Assembly: GCA_007136405.1 (NCBI GenBank)
Contig: SLHA01000044.1
Span: 3,454 to 67,453 of the forward strand
Length of the DNA stretch: 64,000 nt
From: Candidatus Latescibacterota bacterium
Lineage (GTDB): Bacteria > Latescibacterota > UBA2968 > UBA8231
Reading direction: 5' to 3'
Shown here piece after piece: positions 39,740 through 49,502 of this stretch (position 1 is the first letter of the stretch; each line of letters begins with the position of its first letter). The notes under the pieces are model-generated. The model saw only the letters and a program-made list of their open reading frames with translations. It searched no databases and was not told the origin of the DNA. A program made the translations under genes and the position numbers.

Positions 39740-40555
39740 ATGGCAGAAGCACAACGCAATATCGGTCTGCTGCTTGAATACGACGGCTCAGCTTTCCAGG
39801 GCTGGCAGATACAGGCTGCAGGACGGACGGTGCAGGGGGAGCTGGCGCGGGCTCTTGGCGTGCTCATCGGCGAGTCCGTCTGTCCGACCGGCTCAGGGCG
39901 CACCGACGCCGGCACGCACGCTCTGGGCCAGGTGGCCAATTTCCGCACTGGCAGTGCCATGCCGCTGGAACGCATCCGGCGCGGTCTCAACGGCCTGTTG
40001 CCGCCGGATCTCGCCGTTCGTGCGGTCGTGTCCGTTCCCATGGATTTTCACGCCCGGTACAGTGCCTGCAGCAAGAGATATCGTTATCGCATCCGCAGGG
40101 GCAAAGCCGCCATGGAGCGTCAGCATGTATGGTCGGTGTTCGAACCGCTGGACATCGACGCCATGCGGCTGGCTGCCGCCTCGATGCCGGGCTCTCACGG
40201 CTTCGCTGCCTTCTGCAAGCAGGATCCCGTACCGTCCAGCTTCATATGCCGGGTGAGCGATGCGGGGCTGACGGAACAAGGCCCGGAGATCGTCTTCGAG
40301 ATCCAGGCTGACCGTTTCCTGCGTCACATGGTTCGCATCCTGACAGGGACGTTGGTCGAGGTGGGATGCGGGCGACGGCCGGTCGACGACGTGGCGCAGC
40401 TGCTCTCCAGCGGCGAACGCCGGCTGGCCGGACCCACCGCGCCGGCTCGCGGTCTATGCCTGCTGCATGTGCACTATCCGCCTGAAACCGGCCTCTACCA
40501 GACCATCGGAACACCGGATCGTGCCGGAGCATCTGCACAACGTTTCCCGGGCTGA
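39740..40555 (+). CDS. truA: tRNA pseudouridine(38-40) synthase
   Basis: EYDGS.FQGWQ, GRTDAGTHA, FHARYSA, FLRHMVR, TAPARGL. Confidence 0.96.
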   Translation: MAEAQRNIGLLLEYDGSAFQGWQIQAAGRTVQGELARALGVLIGESVCPTGSGRTDAGTHALGQVANFRTGSAMPLERIRRGLNGLLPPDLAVRAVVSVPMDFHARYSACSKRYRYRIRRGKAAMERQHVWSVFEPLDIDAMRLAAASMPGSHGFAAFCKQDPVPSSFICRVSDAGLTEQGPEIVFEIQADRFLRHMVRILTGTLVEVGCGRRPVDDVAQLLSSGERRLAGPTAPARGLCLLHVHYPPETGLYQTIGTPDRAGASAQRFPG

Positions 40556-40612
40556 TACACTCCCGCGCTTGACAAGCCGGGTATACTTGTTTGTTATACC
40601 GGTCATTGGCGT

Positions 40613-40641
40613 ATCGATGGTGCATCGATGACGCATCGATG
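40613..40641. repeat. Three ATCGATG units at 11-bp period upstream of htrA
   Basis: ATCGATG at 40613, 40624, 40635. Confidence 0.75.
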
Positions 40642-40702
40642 GCGCCTCGAACGCGCACTCGCCACCGTCTCCGGACGATCAACGTGGCAGAACGTACAGG
40701 GT

Positions 40703-41839
40703 ATGATCACATCGCGTAGACGTTTTGCCGGCAGATGCCCGTTCGCCGTTACGGTTGCTCTCCTGCTGTTGTATGCGGGCCCGCTTATGGCCGTAGACGC
40801 CATCAGCGCATCCCGCCGCACAGCGGTGGTTCAGGCCATCGAACGGGTCCAGCCGGCAGTGGTCAGCGTGCATGTGACCTACCGTGAAAGGGTTCTGGTC
40901 AGGCGCTTCCGGCAGGACCCGTTCTTCGATCTGTTTGCCCCGTTCATGGTCCCCGGCGAACGGGACCGGACGTCGACCGGATCGGGCTTCATCGTGGACC
41001 AGGCGGGGCACATTCTCACCAATGCCCACGTGGTCGGGGATCCGGAAAGGCTGCTGCGGATCGACATCGCTCTGCCCGACGGCCGCAGCCTCGAGGCTCG
41101 CCACGTGGCCTCGGATCATGCCTTCGACCTGGCAGTACTTCAGGTGGGGGCCCAGGATCTTCCGGTTGCGCCTCTAGGTGATTCCAGCGATATTCTCATT
41201 GGCGAATGGGCCATAGCCATCGGCAACCCCTTTGATCTGGGCCCTACCGCGAGCATCGGTCTGGTGAGTGCGTTGAACCGCAATTTCACCAAGCCCCAAA
41301 ACGGGTACTATTACCGCAATATGATTCAGACCGATGCCGCCATCAATCCTGGCAACAGCGGCGGCGCGCTCGTCAATGCAGCAGGGGAAGTCATCGGGGT
41401 CAACAGCTTCATCTATACGGGCGGGGATTACAGCATCGGCTCCATCGGCATTGGGTTTGCCATCCCCATCAATGCGGCTCGCAGTTTTCTTGTGGAGGTA
41501 GAGCAGCATGGCCAACCGCGACAGCCCTGGACTGGGATACTGTATCTTCAGGATCTGACCCGCGTTCTGGCCGAGCAACTGTCGCTGGCATCCACCGATG
41601 GCGCTCTCGTGGTTCAGATTACCCCTGACAGCCCGGCCGATGAGGCGGGCTTGGAACGCGGTGACGTCATCCTGGCCGTCAACCAGGAGCGGGTGCGCAA
41701 CGTGGACGACGCCATCGCCATGTTGAAGGGCTTCAGGGTGGACGAGGAATGCTATTTGGACGTCATTCGTTTCGGTGAAGCGATACGGCTCCGGCTGCGT
41801 CTGGCCGAGATGCCGCAGTCCAGAAGGCGCTGGAACTGA
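40703..41839 (+). CDS. HtrA/DegP-family serine protease with one PDZ domain
   Basis: GSGFIV, LTNAHVV, DLAVL, IQTDAAINPGNSGG, PDZ. Confidence 0.93.
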   Translation: MITSRRRFAGRCPFAVTVALLLLYAGPLMAVDAISASRRTAVVQAIERVQPAVVSVHVTYRERVLVRRFRQDPFFDLFAPFMVPGERDRTSTGSGFIVDQAGHILTNAHVVGDPERLLRIDIALPDGRSLEARHVASDHAFDLAVLQVGAQDLPVAPLGDSSDILIGEWAIAIGNPFDLGPTASIGLVSALNRNFTKPQNGYYYRNMIQTDAAINPGNSGGALVNAAGEVIGVNSFIYTGGDYSIGSIGIGFAIPINAARSFLVEVEQHGQPRQPWTGILYLQDLTRVLAEQLSLASTDGALVVQITPDSPADEAGLERGDVILAVNQERVRNVDDAIAMLKGFRVDEECYLDVIRFGEAIRLRLRLAEMPQSRRRWN

Positions 41840-41904
41840 CCAGGGATACTGGCGGCCACGCGCCTGCAGTCCCACGCCCTGCAACGTCTGTCGGAGATCA
41901 GCTT

Positions 41905-42609
41905 ATGCACCGGAGCTACGTACCTCACATCTTCACCTTGGGGAACCTGTTCTGCGGGTTTCTGGCTCTGCATTACGTCTTCCAGCACTCGTTCGTGCCG
42001 GCCGCATGGCTCATCGTCCTGGGGGCCGTGCTGGACAAAATGGACGGTTTGATCGCCCGCAGGATCGGCACTGGCTCCCCCTTCGGCGTGGAGCTGGATT
42101 CCATCGTCGATGTGTGTACTTTCGGTGTGGCTCCGGCGGTGATGATCTATCAGCGCCACTTGTCATCGCCCTGGGGACTGGGCCTGGCGTTTGTCTATCT
42201 GGTGTGTGGCGCCCTGCGTCTGGCCCGGTTCAACGTCATCAGCCTGTATGCCAAAAAGGGTGACTACTACATGGGGCTTCCCATACCCATGGCCGCCATC
42301 GCCCTGACCCAGTTCATCGTGTACACGGACAGCAGATGGCAGCCGGCCCAGGAAACCATGCTGGCCGCTTCCGTCGTGATCCTTCTGGCAGCGCTCATGG
42401 TCAGTCCCTTCGACTACGACTCCTTGCCGGATATGCGGGCCTCCGGCCGGTGCGAACGGGCCAAACAGAGTTTCCTGGTTCTCGGCATCCTTATGGTACT
42501 GTACGACGCCGAACGTTTCCTTTTTCCCCTAATTGTGGCCTACATCATTTCCGGCATCTACCGGTGGATAGCGGGTCTGCTTCATGATGAAGTCACTCAA
42601 CACGCCTGA
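41905..42609 (+). CDS. pssA: CDP-diacylglycerol--serine O-phosphatidyltransferase
   Basis: P..FTLGNLFCG, DKMDGLIAR...FGVELDS.VD, ALRLARFN, GLPIP. Confidence 0.9.
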   Translation: MHRSYVPHIFTLGNLFCGFLALHYVFQHSFVPAAWLIVLGAVLDKMDGLIARRIGTGSPFGVELDSIVDVCTFGVAPAVMIYQRHLSSPWGLGLAFVYLVCGALRLARFNVISLYAKKGDYYMGLPIPMAAIALTQFIVYTDSRWQPAQETMLAASVVILLAALMVSPFDYDSLPDMRASGRCERAKQSFLVLGILMVLYDAERFLFPLIVAYIISGIYRWIAGLLHDEVTQHA

Positions 42610-42618
42610 CCACCTCCG

Positions 42619-42906
42619 GTGCCGATGCCGAAAGACAAACCTGTAAGCCATCTCATCCTGGTGCTCTTCACCAGCGTCATCGGTGCCAACGTAATCGGTG
42701 AAGCACTCCGGGCGGTGTTGCATTTCGTCGGCGGCCCGGACACCATCGTCGAGCGCGCGTTGCTGCAGTACGTGTCGTGGTCCATCGGCCCGCACATGTT
42801 CAACCTCATCATCCTGTCGTTTTCATTCGACCTGTCACTGCGCTTCAACGTTGTCACCCTCCTGGGGGTGGTCGTAGGCTGGTACTATTTCCGCTACAGC
42901 TATTGA
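42619..42906 (+). CDS. Small membrane protein, DUF4321-like
   Basis: P..FNL.ILSFSF.LSLRFN..TLLG pattern. Confidence 0.7.
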   Translation: MPMPKDKPVSHLILVLFTSVIGANVIGEALRAVLHFVGGPDTIVERALLQYVSWSIGPHMFNLIILSFSFDLSLRFNVVTLLGVVVGWYYFRYSY

Positions 42907-42939
42907 TCGCGCCCCGGAGTCTCAGACGGAGACCTTATC

Positions 42940-43260
42940 ATGTTTGGCATGGGCCAATGGGAACTGCTCATCATCTTTCTGGTCGTTCTGCTGGTGTTCG
43001 GCGCCAAGCGAATTCCTGAAATGGCCCAGGGTCTGGGCAGAGGCATCAAGGAGTTCCGCAAAGCCGTACATGAAGTCCAGGAAGAGATCCAGGTGAACGA
43101 ACCTGCCAACCGCCAGCAAGCCAGTCAGATCAACCCGCCATCGCAGGATGAGTCCCGTCAGGACAGTGCTCAGTCCGGAACTGCCGAAACAGCCCGGTCC
43201 GGGGACAGCGGTGAGGACGCCGGTCACAACTCGCAGTCGTCCACCCGCTCAACCACCTGA
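42940..43260 (+). CDS. tatA: Twin-arginine translocase TatA
   Basis: ELLII..VVLLVFGAKRIPE..GLGRGIKEFRKA. Confidence 0.95.
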   Translation: MFGMGQWELLIIFLVVLLVFGAKRIPEMAQGLGRGIKEFRKAVHEVQEEIQVNEPANRQQASQINPPSQDESRQDSAQSGTAETARSGDSGEDAGHNSQSSTRSTT

Positions 43261-43265
43261 ATCTC

Positions 43266-44717
43266 ATGGCGCTCAATGAACTGACGGCACACGAGCTCAA
43301 AACCTTGCTGGATCGGGGTGAGGTTTCAGCACATGAGGCTACTACCGCGGTCCTCGAACGCATAGAAGCCACGGATGACACCCTGAACGCGTTCATCTCA
43401 GTAGATGCCGAGGGCGCGCTCTCCCAGGCCGCTGCCGCAGACCGGCGGCGCGCCGCCGGCGAAGACCCGGGCATGCTGGGTGGCGTGCCGGTGGCGCTCA
43501 AGGATCTGCTGTGCGTAGCCGGGGGACATACCACCTGCGGATCCCGCATGCTGGAGAACTACATCGCTCCGTACGATGCCACGGTCGTCTCCCGGCTGCG
43601 CCAGGCGGGTGCTGTGATCATCGGCAAGACGAACCTGGACGAATTTGCCATGGGGTCGTCCACAGAAAGCTCGTATTACGGAGTAACCCGCAACCCGCAT
43701 GACAACTCTCGCGTGGCCGGGGGCAGCAGCGGCGGGTCGGCCGCGGCGGTGGCCGCCGATCAGACCATCCTGGCCATAGGCTCGGATACCGGCGGCTCGG
43801 TGCGTCAGCCGGCCGCCTATTGCGGCGTCGTCGGACTCAAACCCACATACGGACGCGTATCCCGCTACGGACTGACCGCCTATGCCTCCTCCCTGGACCA
43901 GATCGGCCCGCTGACCAAAGATGTGCAAGACGCGGCATGGACGCTGGAAGCCATCGCCGGTCATGACCGATTCGATTCCACCTCCATACAGGCCCAGGTA
44001 CCCGCGTATTCGCAGAGCTTCAACCGGGGCATCAAGGGTATGCGCATCGGCCTGGCCCGTGAACACCTGCCTCCGGAGCTGGATGACCGGATCGCTGCGG
44101 TCACCCGGCAGGCTGCCCTGAGCCTGGAGCATTGCGGCGCGGAGCTGGTGGATCTGGAGCTTCCCGTAGCCGGACGGGGAGAGTATTGCCTGAGCTCCTT
44201 TTACCTGATCGCCATGGGAGAGTCCTCGGCCAATCTGGCCCGGTACGACGGGGTGAAATACGGCCACCGGGCCCACGGCGCGACGGACCTGCAGTCCATG
44301 TACCAGAATACGCGCAATCAGGGGTTCGGGGATGAAGTCAAGCGTCGGATCATCCTCGGAACCTATGTGCTCAGCGCTGGTTATTACGACGCGTATTACC
44401 TGAAAGCGCAGCAGGTACGGACACTCATACGCCGTGACTTCGAACAGGCTTTCGCCCGCTGTGACGCCTTGCTGGCTCCGGTTACTCCCGGGCCGGCGTT
44501 CCGTATCGGCGAAAAAACGGACGACCCGTTGCAGATGTACCTGACCGACATCTACACGGTGGCCGTGAATCTGGCCGGCATTCCCGCCATCTCGGTTCCG
44601 TGCGGTCTGTCCGCAGAAGGTTTACCCATCAGTGTGCAGCTACTGGGGCCGCCTCTGCAGGAGGAAAAGCTGCTGCAGCTGGGTCATGCCCTGGAATGCA
44701 GCGCCAGGCCTTGCTGA
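43266..44717 (+). CDS. gatA: Asp/Glu-tRNA amidotransferase subunit A
   Basis: GKTNLDEFAMGSS, GGSSGGSAA, GSDTGGSVRQPA, EVKRRIILGTYVLSAGYYDAYY. Confidence 0.97.
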   Translation: MALNELTAHELKTLLDRGEVSAHEATTAVLERIEATDDTLNAFISVDAEGALSQAAAADRRRAAGEDPGMLGGVPVALKDLLCVAGGHTTCGSRMLENYIAPYDATVVSRLRQAGAVIIGKTNLDEFAMGSSTESSYYGVTRNPHDNSRVAGGSSGGSAAAVAADQTILAIGSDTGGSVRQPAAYCGVVGLKPTYGRVSRYGLTAYASSLDQIGPLTKDVQDAAWTLEAIAGHDRFDSTSIQAQVPAYSQSFNRGIKGMRIGLAREHLPPELDDRIAAVTRQAALSLEHCGAELVDLELPVAGRGEYCLSSFYLIAMGESSANLARYDGVKYGHRAHGATDLQSMYQNTRNQGFGDEVKRRIILGTYVLSAGYYDAYYLKAQQVRTLIRRDFEQAFARCDALLAPVTPGPAFRIGEKTDDPLQMYLTDIYTVAVNLAGIPAISVPCGLSAEGLPISVQLLGPPLQEEKLLQLGHALECSARPC

Positions 44718-44718
44718 T

Positions 44719-44815
44719 GCGTTTGCCTGAACAGCCGGTGCACACCGGTCTGGGAACGGATGATCCGCGATCGAGTAGAATTGCCGAAGCGTTTGCCTGA
44801 ACAGCGGCTTCACAC
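44719..44815. repeat. Direct repeat pair (17-bp identical core, 70-bp period) after gatA stop
   Basis: GCGTTTGCCTGAACAGC at 44719 and 44789, both followed 5 nt later by CACAC. Confidence 0.7.
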
Positions 44816-44941
44816 AGTTCACCGCCGCGCCTGAAGCCCTTTTCCGCCGCTGCCGGAACGGCCCTGAACGTGCGGAACCTGCAACCTTGGGTATGGATCT
44901 CGCAGGCGCGCGGCGTACATCAGACATACCGGAGCCCGATC

Positions 44942-45871
44942 ATGCACCTGTCCCTGATATCGATGATGGCCCTGCTGCTGACCTTCGCGGCGCAATCCGC
45001 GGCCACACACGACAGCGCCGGTACCACGGGGTTCAACTTCCTCAAGATCGGCATGGGAGCCCGTCCTACGGCCATGGGCGGGGCCTTTACCGCCGTGCCC
45101 GCGGACACAGAAGCAGCGTTCTGGAATCCGGCTGGGCTGCACGGCATATCCCAACGCACCGGAGTACTGGCGCTGAACAGCTATCTCGTTGACACGCAGG
45201 CAGGAGCGGCCAGCATAGCGTTGCCAGCCGCAAATCGCACCTGGGGCCTGACCATCCAGTACGTGACCTATGGAGACATGCAGCGGAGAGACGCCAGTGG
45301 ATTGGATCAGGGGACCTTCGGAGCCGCGGACATGGCAGCCTACCTGACCGTGGCGCAACCGGTCTGGCAGGACCGGCTGATCGCCGGAGTGAACCTGAAA
45401 GCCGTTCACTCGTCCATCGACAACTACTCGTCGGATGCCTACATGGTGGATCTTGGATTGCTGCTGCACGGACCTGTGGACGGTATGGTTCTGGGAGCTG
45501 CGCTGCTGAACCTGGGCGGTGTACGCAGCGGCTACGCCGGGAATCACAAGGAGTCCCTGCCGGTCAGTGTACGGCTTGGACTGTCCCACCGTCCAGCTCA
45601 CATGCCGGTTCCCGTGATTCTCCTGGCCGACCTCATCATTCCCAATGACGCCGACGCATACCTGGCATTCGGGGCGGAAGTGAGCCTGCCCGGCGGATTC
45701 CATATACGGCCGGGTTACAGCGCCCAGCAGACCGGATCCGGAGGCGATCAAGCTGTGGGTATCACCGGTGGCATCGGCTTTACCGCCTCAGCCTACGGTC
45801 TGGACTATGCCTACGCTTCCTATCCTGATCTGGGCGATGTCCACCGCGTGTCCATCTCCGGATCCTTCTGA
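44942..45871 (+). CDS. PorV/PorQ-family outer-membrane protein
   Basis: Signal peptide; FLKIGMGARPTAMGGAF, FWNPAGL, DYAY...LGDVHRVSI..F. Confidence 0.85.
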   Translation: MHLSLISMMALLLTFAAQSAATHDSAGTTGFNFLKIGMGARPTAMGGAFTAVPADTEAAFWNPAGLHGISQRTGVLALNSYLVDTQAGAASIALPAANRTWGLTIQYVTYGDMQRRDASGLDQGTFGAADMAAYLTVAQPVWQDRLIAGVNLKAVHSSIDNYSSDAYMVDLGLLLHGPVDGMVLGAALLNLGGVRSGYAGNHKESLPVSVRLGLSHRPAHMPVPVILLADLIIPNDADAYLAFGAEVSLPGGFHIRPGYSAQQTGSGGDQAVGITGGIGFTASAYGLDYAYASYPDLGDVHRVSISGSF

Positions 45872-45923
45872 ACTACCGGTAACCAGGCTGGTATGACCGG
45901 GTGGCGCTGCAGATTCCACCAAT

Positions 45924-46613
45924 TCACCCCCCCAGCTCGCGGATCCGGTCCCGCACCCGTGCCGCCTCCTCGTACGCCTCTTCGGCAATGAGCCGGGCCA
46001 ACTGGACGTTCAACTTTTCCAGGTTGGTCAGAGTATCCGCAGCCGGTTCCGCCGCCGACTCCCCGGTATCCTGTTCACCAGACTCCTCTCCCCCGGTTTC
46101 CGGCGAGGCAGCCGGGGATTCGGCCGAAGCCTCCTCCACTGCTTCTGCCTCCTGCACAGCCCCCCCGGGTTCAACCTCCAGCTCCCGGCCGGCTTCGTTC
46201 AGGACCTCCGGACTCATGAACACCGGCGCGCCCAGCAGTGTGGCCAGAATCATGCCGTCACTGGGCCGGCAGTCCAGATAGAAGACATCGTCATCCGTCC
46301 TGATGAGCAGATGGGCGTGGAAAACATCGTCTTTCAGCGTATGGATCACCAGTTTGTGCACCTTGGCGTTCATTCGCTCCAGAAGACTCTGTATGAGATT
46401 ATGCGGCAGCGGGCGCGGAAGAGGGATCTTTCGCAGTGCCATCACCAGCGCCTGCCCCTCGAAGTGACCGATGGTGATGGGTACGACCTTGCTGGTCTCT
46501 CCCTTGAGAAATACCAGAAAGTTCTGTATGCCACCCACGCCTTGCGCCGTATCGGAGTAGGGGTATATGTTGAATATTCTTACCGGAAGCAGATGGTCGT
46601 TTTCACCAGCCAT
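45924..46613 (-). CDS. Bifunctional nuclease (DUF151) with C-terminal UVR domain
   Basis: PITIG.FE..A, PRPLPH.L, LDCRPSD; E.YEEAARVRDRI. Confidence 0.88.
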   Translation of the reverse strand: MAGENDHLLPVRIFNIYPYSDTAQGVGGIQNFLVFLKGETSKVVPITIGHFEGQALVMALRKIPLPRPLPHNLIQSLLERMNAKVHKLVIHTLKDDVFHAHLLIRTDDDVFYLDCRPSDGMILATLLGAPVFMSPEVLNEAGRELEVEPGGAVQEAEAVEEASAESPAASPETGGEESGEQDTGESAAEPAADTLTNLEKLNVQLARLIAEEAYEEAARVRDRIRELGG

Positions 46614-46714
46614 GGTGCATAGCCCCTTGTGCATCGCCCGCGTGCAGCGGACACCCGGTTCGGCTCTTGACTATTCTCAAATATACTGGCCGCCAGTGGT
46701 TTTTCAAGCCAGGG

Positions 46715-47446
46715 TCACAGCACCCCGCGTTCTTTCAGACTCAGATAGTCCATGGCACTGATGATCACGTGGTCCAGAACCTCGATGCCCATGAGCTGTC
46801 CGGCATCGCGGAGCCGCCGGGTCAACTGGACATCATCCTGACTGGGGCTGACGTCTCCGGATGGATGGTTGTGCGCCAGGATGACACTGGCAGCCGTGCG
46901 TTCCACGGCGATGCGAAACACCTCCCGCGGATGGACGATGGAGGCCGACAGGCTGCCGATGGATACCACTTCCTTGTGGATCAACTGGTTGCGGGCGTTC
47001 AGATAAAGGCACAGAAAGAACTCCTTGTGCTGGTCCCGGATATCCGCCAGCAGAGGAATGACATCAGCAGGTGCAGACAGCACCGGCCGCGTGCCCAGCT
47101 CGCGGCGCAACGCCCGGCGTCCCAATTCGAACGCCGCCACGATCAGGCAAGCCTTGGCACGACCCACACCTTTTACCCGGCTCAGTTGCACCCAGTCCAT
47201 TGCCGCCAGCTCGTCCCGGGTGTGGGTTTTGAGTATTCCCTGTGCCACGAGCTGCACCGACTCACCCCTGTACCCCGTCCCCAGCATGATGGCCAGGAGC
47301 TCTTCGTCCCGCAGCGCCTCGCACCCATACCGCATCAGACGTTCGCGAGGCAGGGCTGCCTGCACCGATTCGATGGCGGACAGCAATGGCTGAGATGCCG
47401 TTTGCGGCCGGGGTGAACCATTGCCAGCAGGCCTGCACAGCTCCAT
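46715..47446 (-). CDS. radC: RadC family JAB-domain protein
   Basis: PRERL..G, ELLAIMLGTG, VHPREVF, AHNHPSGD..PSQDD, LDHVII. Confidence 0.93.
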   Translation of the reverse strand: MELCRPAGNGSPRPQTASQPLLSAIESVQAALPRERLMRYGCEALRDEELLAIMLGTGYRGESVQLVAQGILKTHTRDELAAMDWVQLSRVKGVGRAKACLIVAAFELGRRALRRELGTRPVLSAPADVIPLLADIRDQHKEFFLCLYLNARNQLIHKEVVSIGSLSASIVHPREVFRIAVERTAASVILAHNHPSGDVSPSQDDVQLTRRLRDAGQLMGIEVLDHVIISAMDYLSLKERGVL

Positions 47447-47893
47447 ATCATCCTCCCTCGTTGGTACATCCGGTTTACTGACCGCATGCGCATGATGTGG
47501 GTTCGATGGCCCCTGAGCCTCTCCCCGGACGGAGCGGCGATAGCCTCTCTCGAACCGCGCCCGGACGCTGCGCGGCCTTTGCCCTGTCCCCATCTTCACA
47601 CAGCCTGTGCTGTATTTGCCCTATGGTGACGCACCCATGGAAGCCCGGTCTCGCCCCCGAAAGTACATTTATCTGCAGCGTTGTCCGCTTGGGGGCCAGA
47701 TAGCCGCGGTGGCGGCCTCCGTCTGTGCCCGTTCATCAAGCATTAACCATGCCACCTTGTTCACGCGCATCAGGAAAGCTATATTCTGCCCCTGCCGAAG
47801 GCCTGGACGTCGCTGTAGCCGGATGCTGCAGGGTTGAGGACTGGGCCTGGGTGATCTCATTCCATCCCATCCGCCCTTCTCGCTGAACGCCGA

Positions 47894-49501
47894 GTGATGC
47901 TCCCTGCCTTGATCGCCGCCCCGTCACTGACATTGCGCATCGCCACGCGGCGCGATCAACCGCCCCCCTGGTTGTTGGCCCTTCTGGCTGGCATCATGCT
48001 CAGTCTCGCCTTTCCGTGCCATCCCGGCCATCCGCTGGCCTTCCTGTACCACCCGGTGTGGGCCTGGATCGGCCTGGTGCCGTTGTTCGCGGCCCTGCGT
48101 GTTCCGGCCACCATGCATCCCTTCCAGTCCGGCCTGCTCACCGGCACCACCATGGCCCTGCTGTCCCTGTACTGGGTCGCGCATACCTATGGAGGCGGTC
48201 TTGCGGTAGTCGGGGGAACGCTGTTGCTGGCGCTCTACCTGGGGATGTACGTAGGCCTGTATGCGCTGGCGCAACATTTCCTGCTGTGCCGTTGGGGTGA
48301 CCGGGCGTTGTTGGCCGCTCCCATCCTGTGGACCAGTGGTGAATACCTGCTCTCTCTGGGCGAACTGGGATTTCCCTGGCTGCTGCTGGGACACAGTCAG
48401 GCGGCAATGCCGCGTTTCATCCAGCCGGCCGCCCTGACAGGTGTATATGGCGTATCGTTCTGGGTCGTGAGCCTCAATGTTTTCTGCGCCCTGGCATTAG
48501 CCGGTAAACGACGGGCCCGGCAGGCCATATGGCTCCTGATCATCATGATATCGCTGATTGCGCCGGTGTTGTACGCTGCCACGGTGGTACCGTCGAATGA
48601 CCCTGCGGCCTCGTCCATTCGGGTCAGCGTCATCCAGCACGGTTTCACACAAGCGGATCTGCAGACCCCGGGAGGGCCTGCAACCATGCTTCGGCGGCTG
48701 GAGGATCTGTCGCGCCAGGCCGCCATCGACAATCCAGACCTGCTGGTATGGCCGGAAACCGCGGCACCCTGCCATCTTCGCATCCGTCCGCATTGCCGGA
48801 ACCGCGTCCAGGCTCTGGTGGACGAATTGCAGATCCCCCTGTTGACCGGTGCCTCGGATTACGATCGCGAACGGGACGCACCCTTCAACGCCGCCTTCAT
48901 GCTGCTCCCCGGCCAGTCGATCCTGCCGAGATACGCCAAAATGCACCTGGTTCCTTTCGGAGAACGCACGCCGTACCGTGACCGCATACCGTGGCTGCGC
49001 AGAATCGACTGGTCCCTGATCACCGGAGACCTGGGGCCGGCGGAGTTTGCCCCCGGCACGGAGCGCACGCTGTTCGCACACCCCCAGGCCCCCATCGTGA
49101 TGCTGATATGTTTCGAGGCCGTATTCCCGGATTTCACCCGGCGCGGCGTTCAGTTGGGCGGTCGACTGCTGGTCAACATCACCAATGACTCGTGGTTCGG
49201 AGACACGGCCGGACCTTACCAGCATGCCAGTCTCGCCGCCATGCGGGCTGTGGAGAACCGTACTGCCATGGCACGTTCCGCGTCCACCGGGCTCTCCCTG
49301 TTCGTGGATCCCTACGGGCGCATACACCAGCAGACTTCCCTGGGGGGCGCGGACGTTCGTACGCGCGACTTGCCCGTAGCGGAACGGACGACTCTGTACA
49401 GTCGTCATGGGGACTGGTTCCCCCGAATAGTCCTGCTGGGTGCCATGGCTCTGCTCTGTCTGGCCCTGGCACTGCCTGCGGCCCGAGCGATGAGACCCTG
49501 A
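47894..49501 (+). CDS. lnt: Apolipoprotein N-acyltransferase
   Basis: GFPWLLLG, VWPETA, YAKMHLVPFGE, ICFE, NITNDSWFG, RAVENR. Confidence 0.95.
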   Translation: MMLPALIAAPSLTLRIATRRDQPPPWLLALLAGIMLSLAFPCHPGHPLAFLYHPVWAWIGLVPLFAALRVPATMHPFQSGLLTGTTMALLSLYWVAHTYGGGLAVVGGTLLLALYLGMYVGLYALAQHFLLCRWGDRALLAAPILWTSGEYLLSLGELGFPWLLLGHSQAAMPRFIQPAALTGVYGVSFWVVSLNVFCALALAGKRRARQAIWLLIIMISLIAPVLYAATVVPSNDPAASSIRVSVIQHGFTQADLQTPGGPATMLRRLEDLSRQAAIDNPDLLVWPETAAPCHLRIRPHCRNRVQALVDELQIPLLTGASDYDRERDAPFNAAFMLLPGQSILPRYAKMHLVPFGERTPYRDRIPWLRRIDWSLITGDLGPAEFAPGTERTLFAHPQAPIVMLICFEAVFPDFTRRGVQLGGRLLVNITNDSWFGDTAGPYQHASLAAMRAVENRTAMARSASTGLSLFVDPYGRIHQQTSLGGADVRTRDLPVAERTTLYSRHGDWFPRIVLLGAMALLCLALALPAARAMRP

Positions 49502-49502
49502 T

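Noticed and set aside
46715-47446. radC as mobile-element marker
   Set aside because: Full-length chromosomal type with N-terminal HhH region; no mobile context
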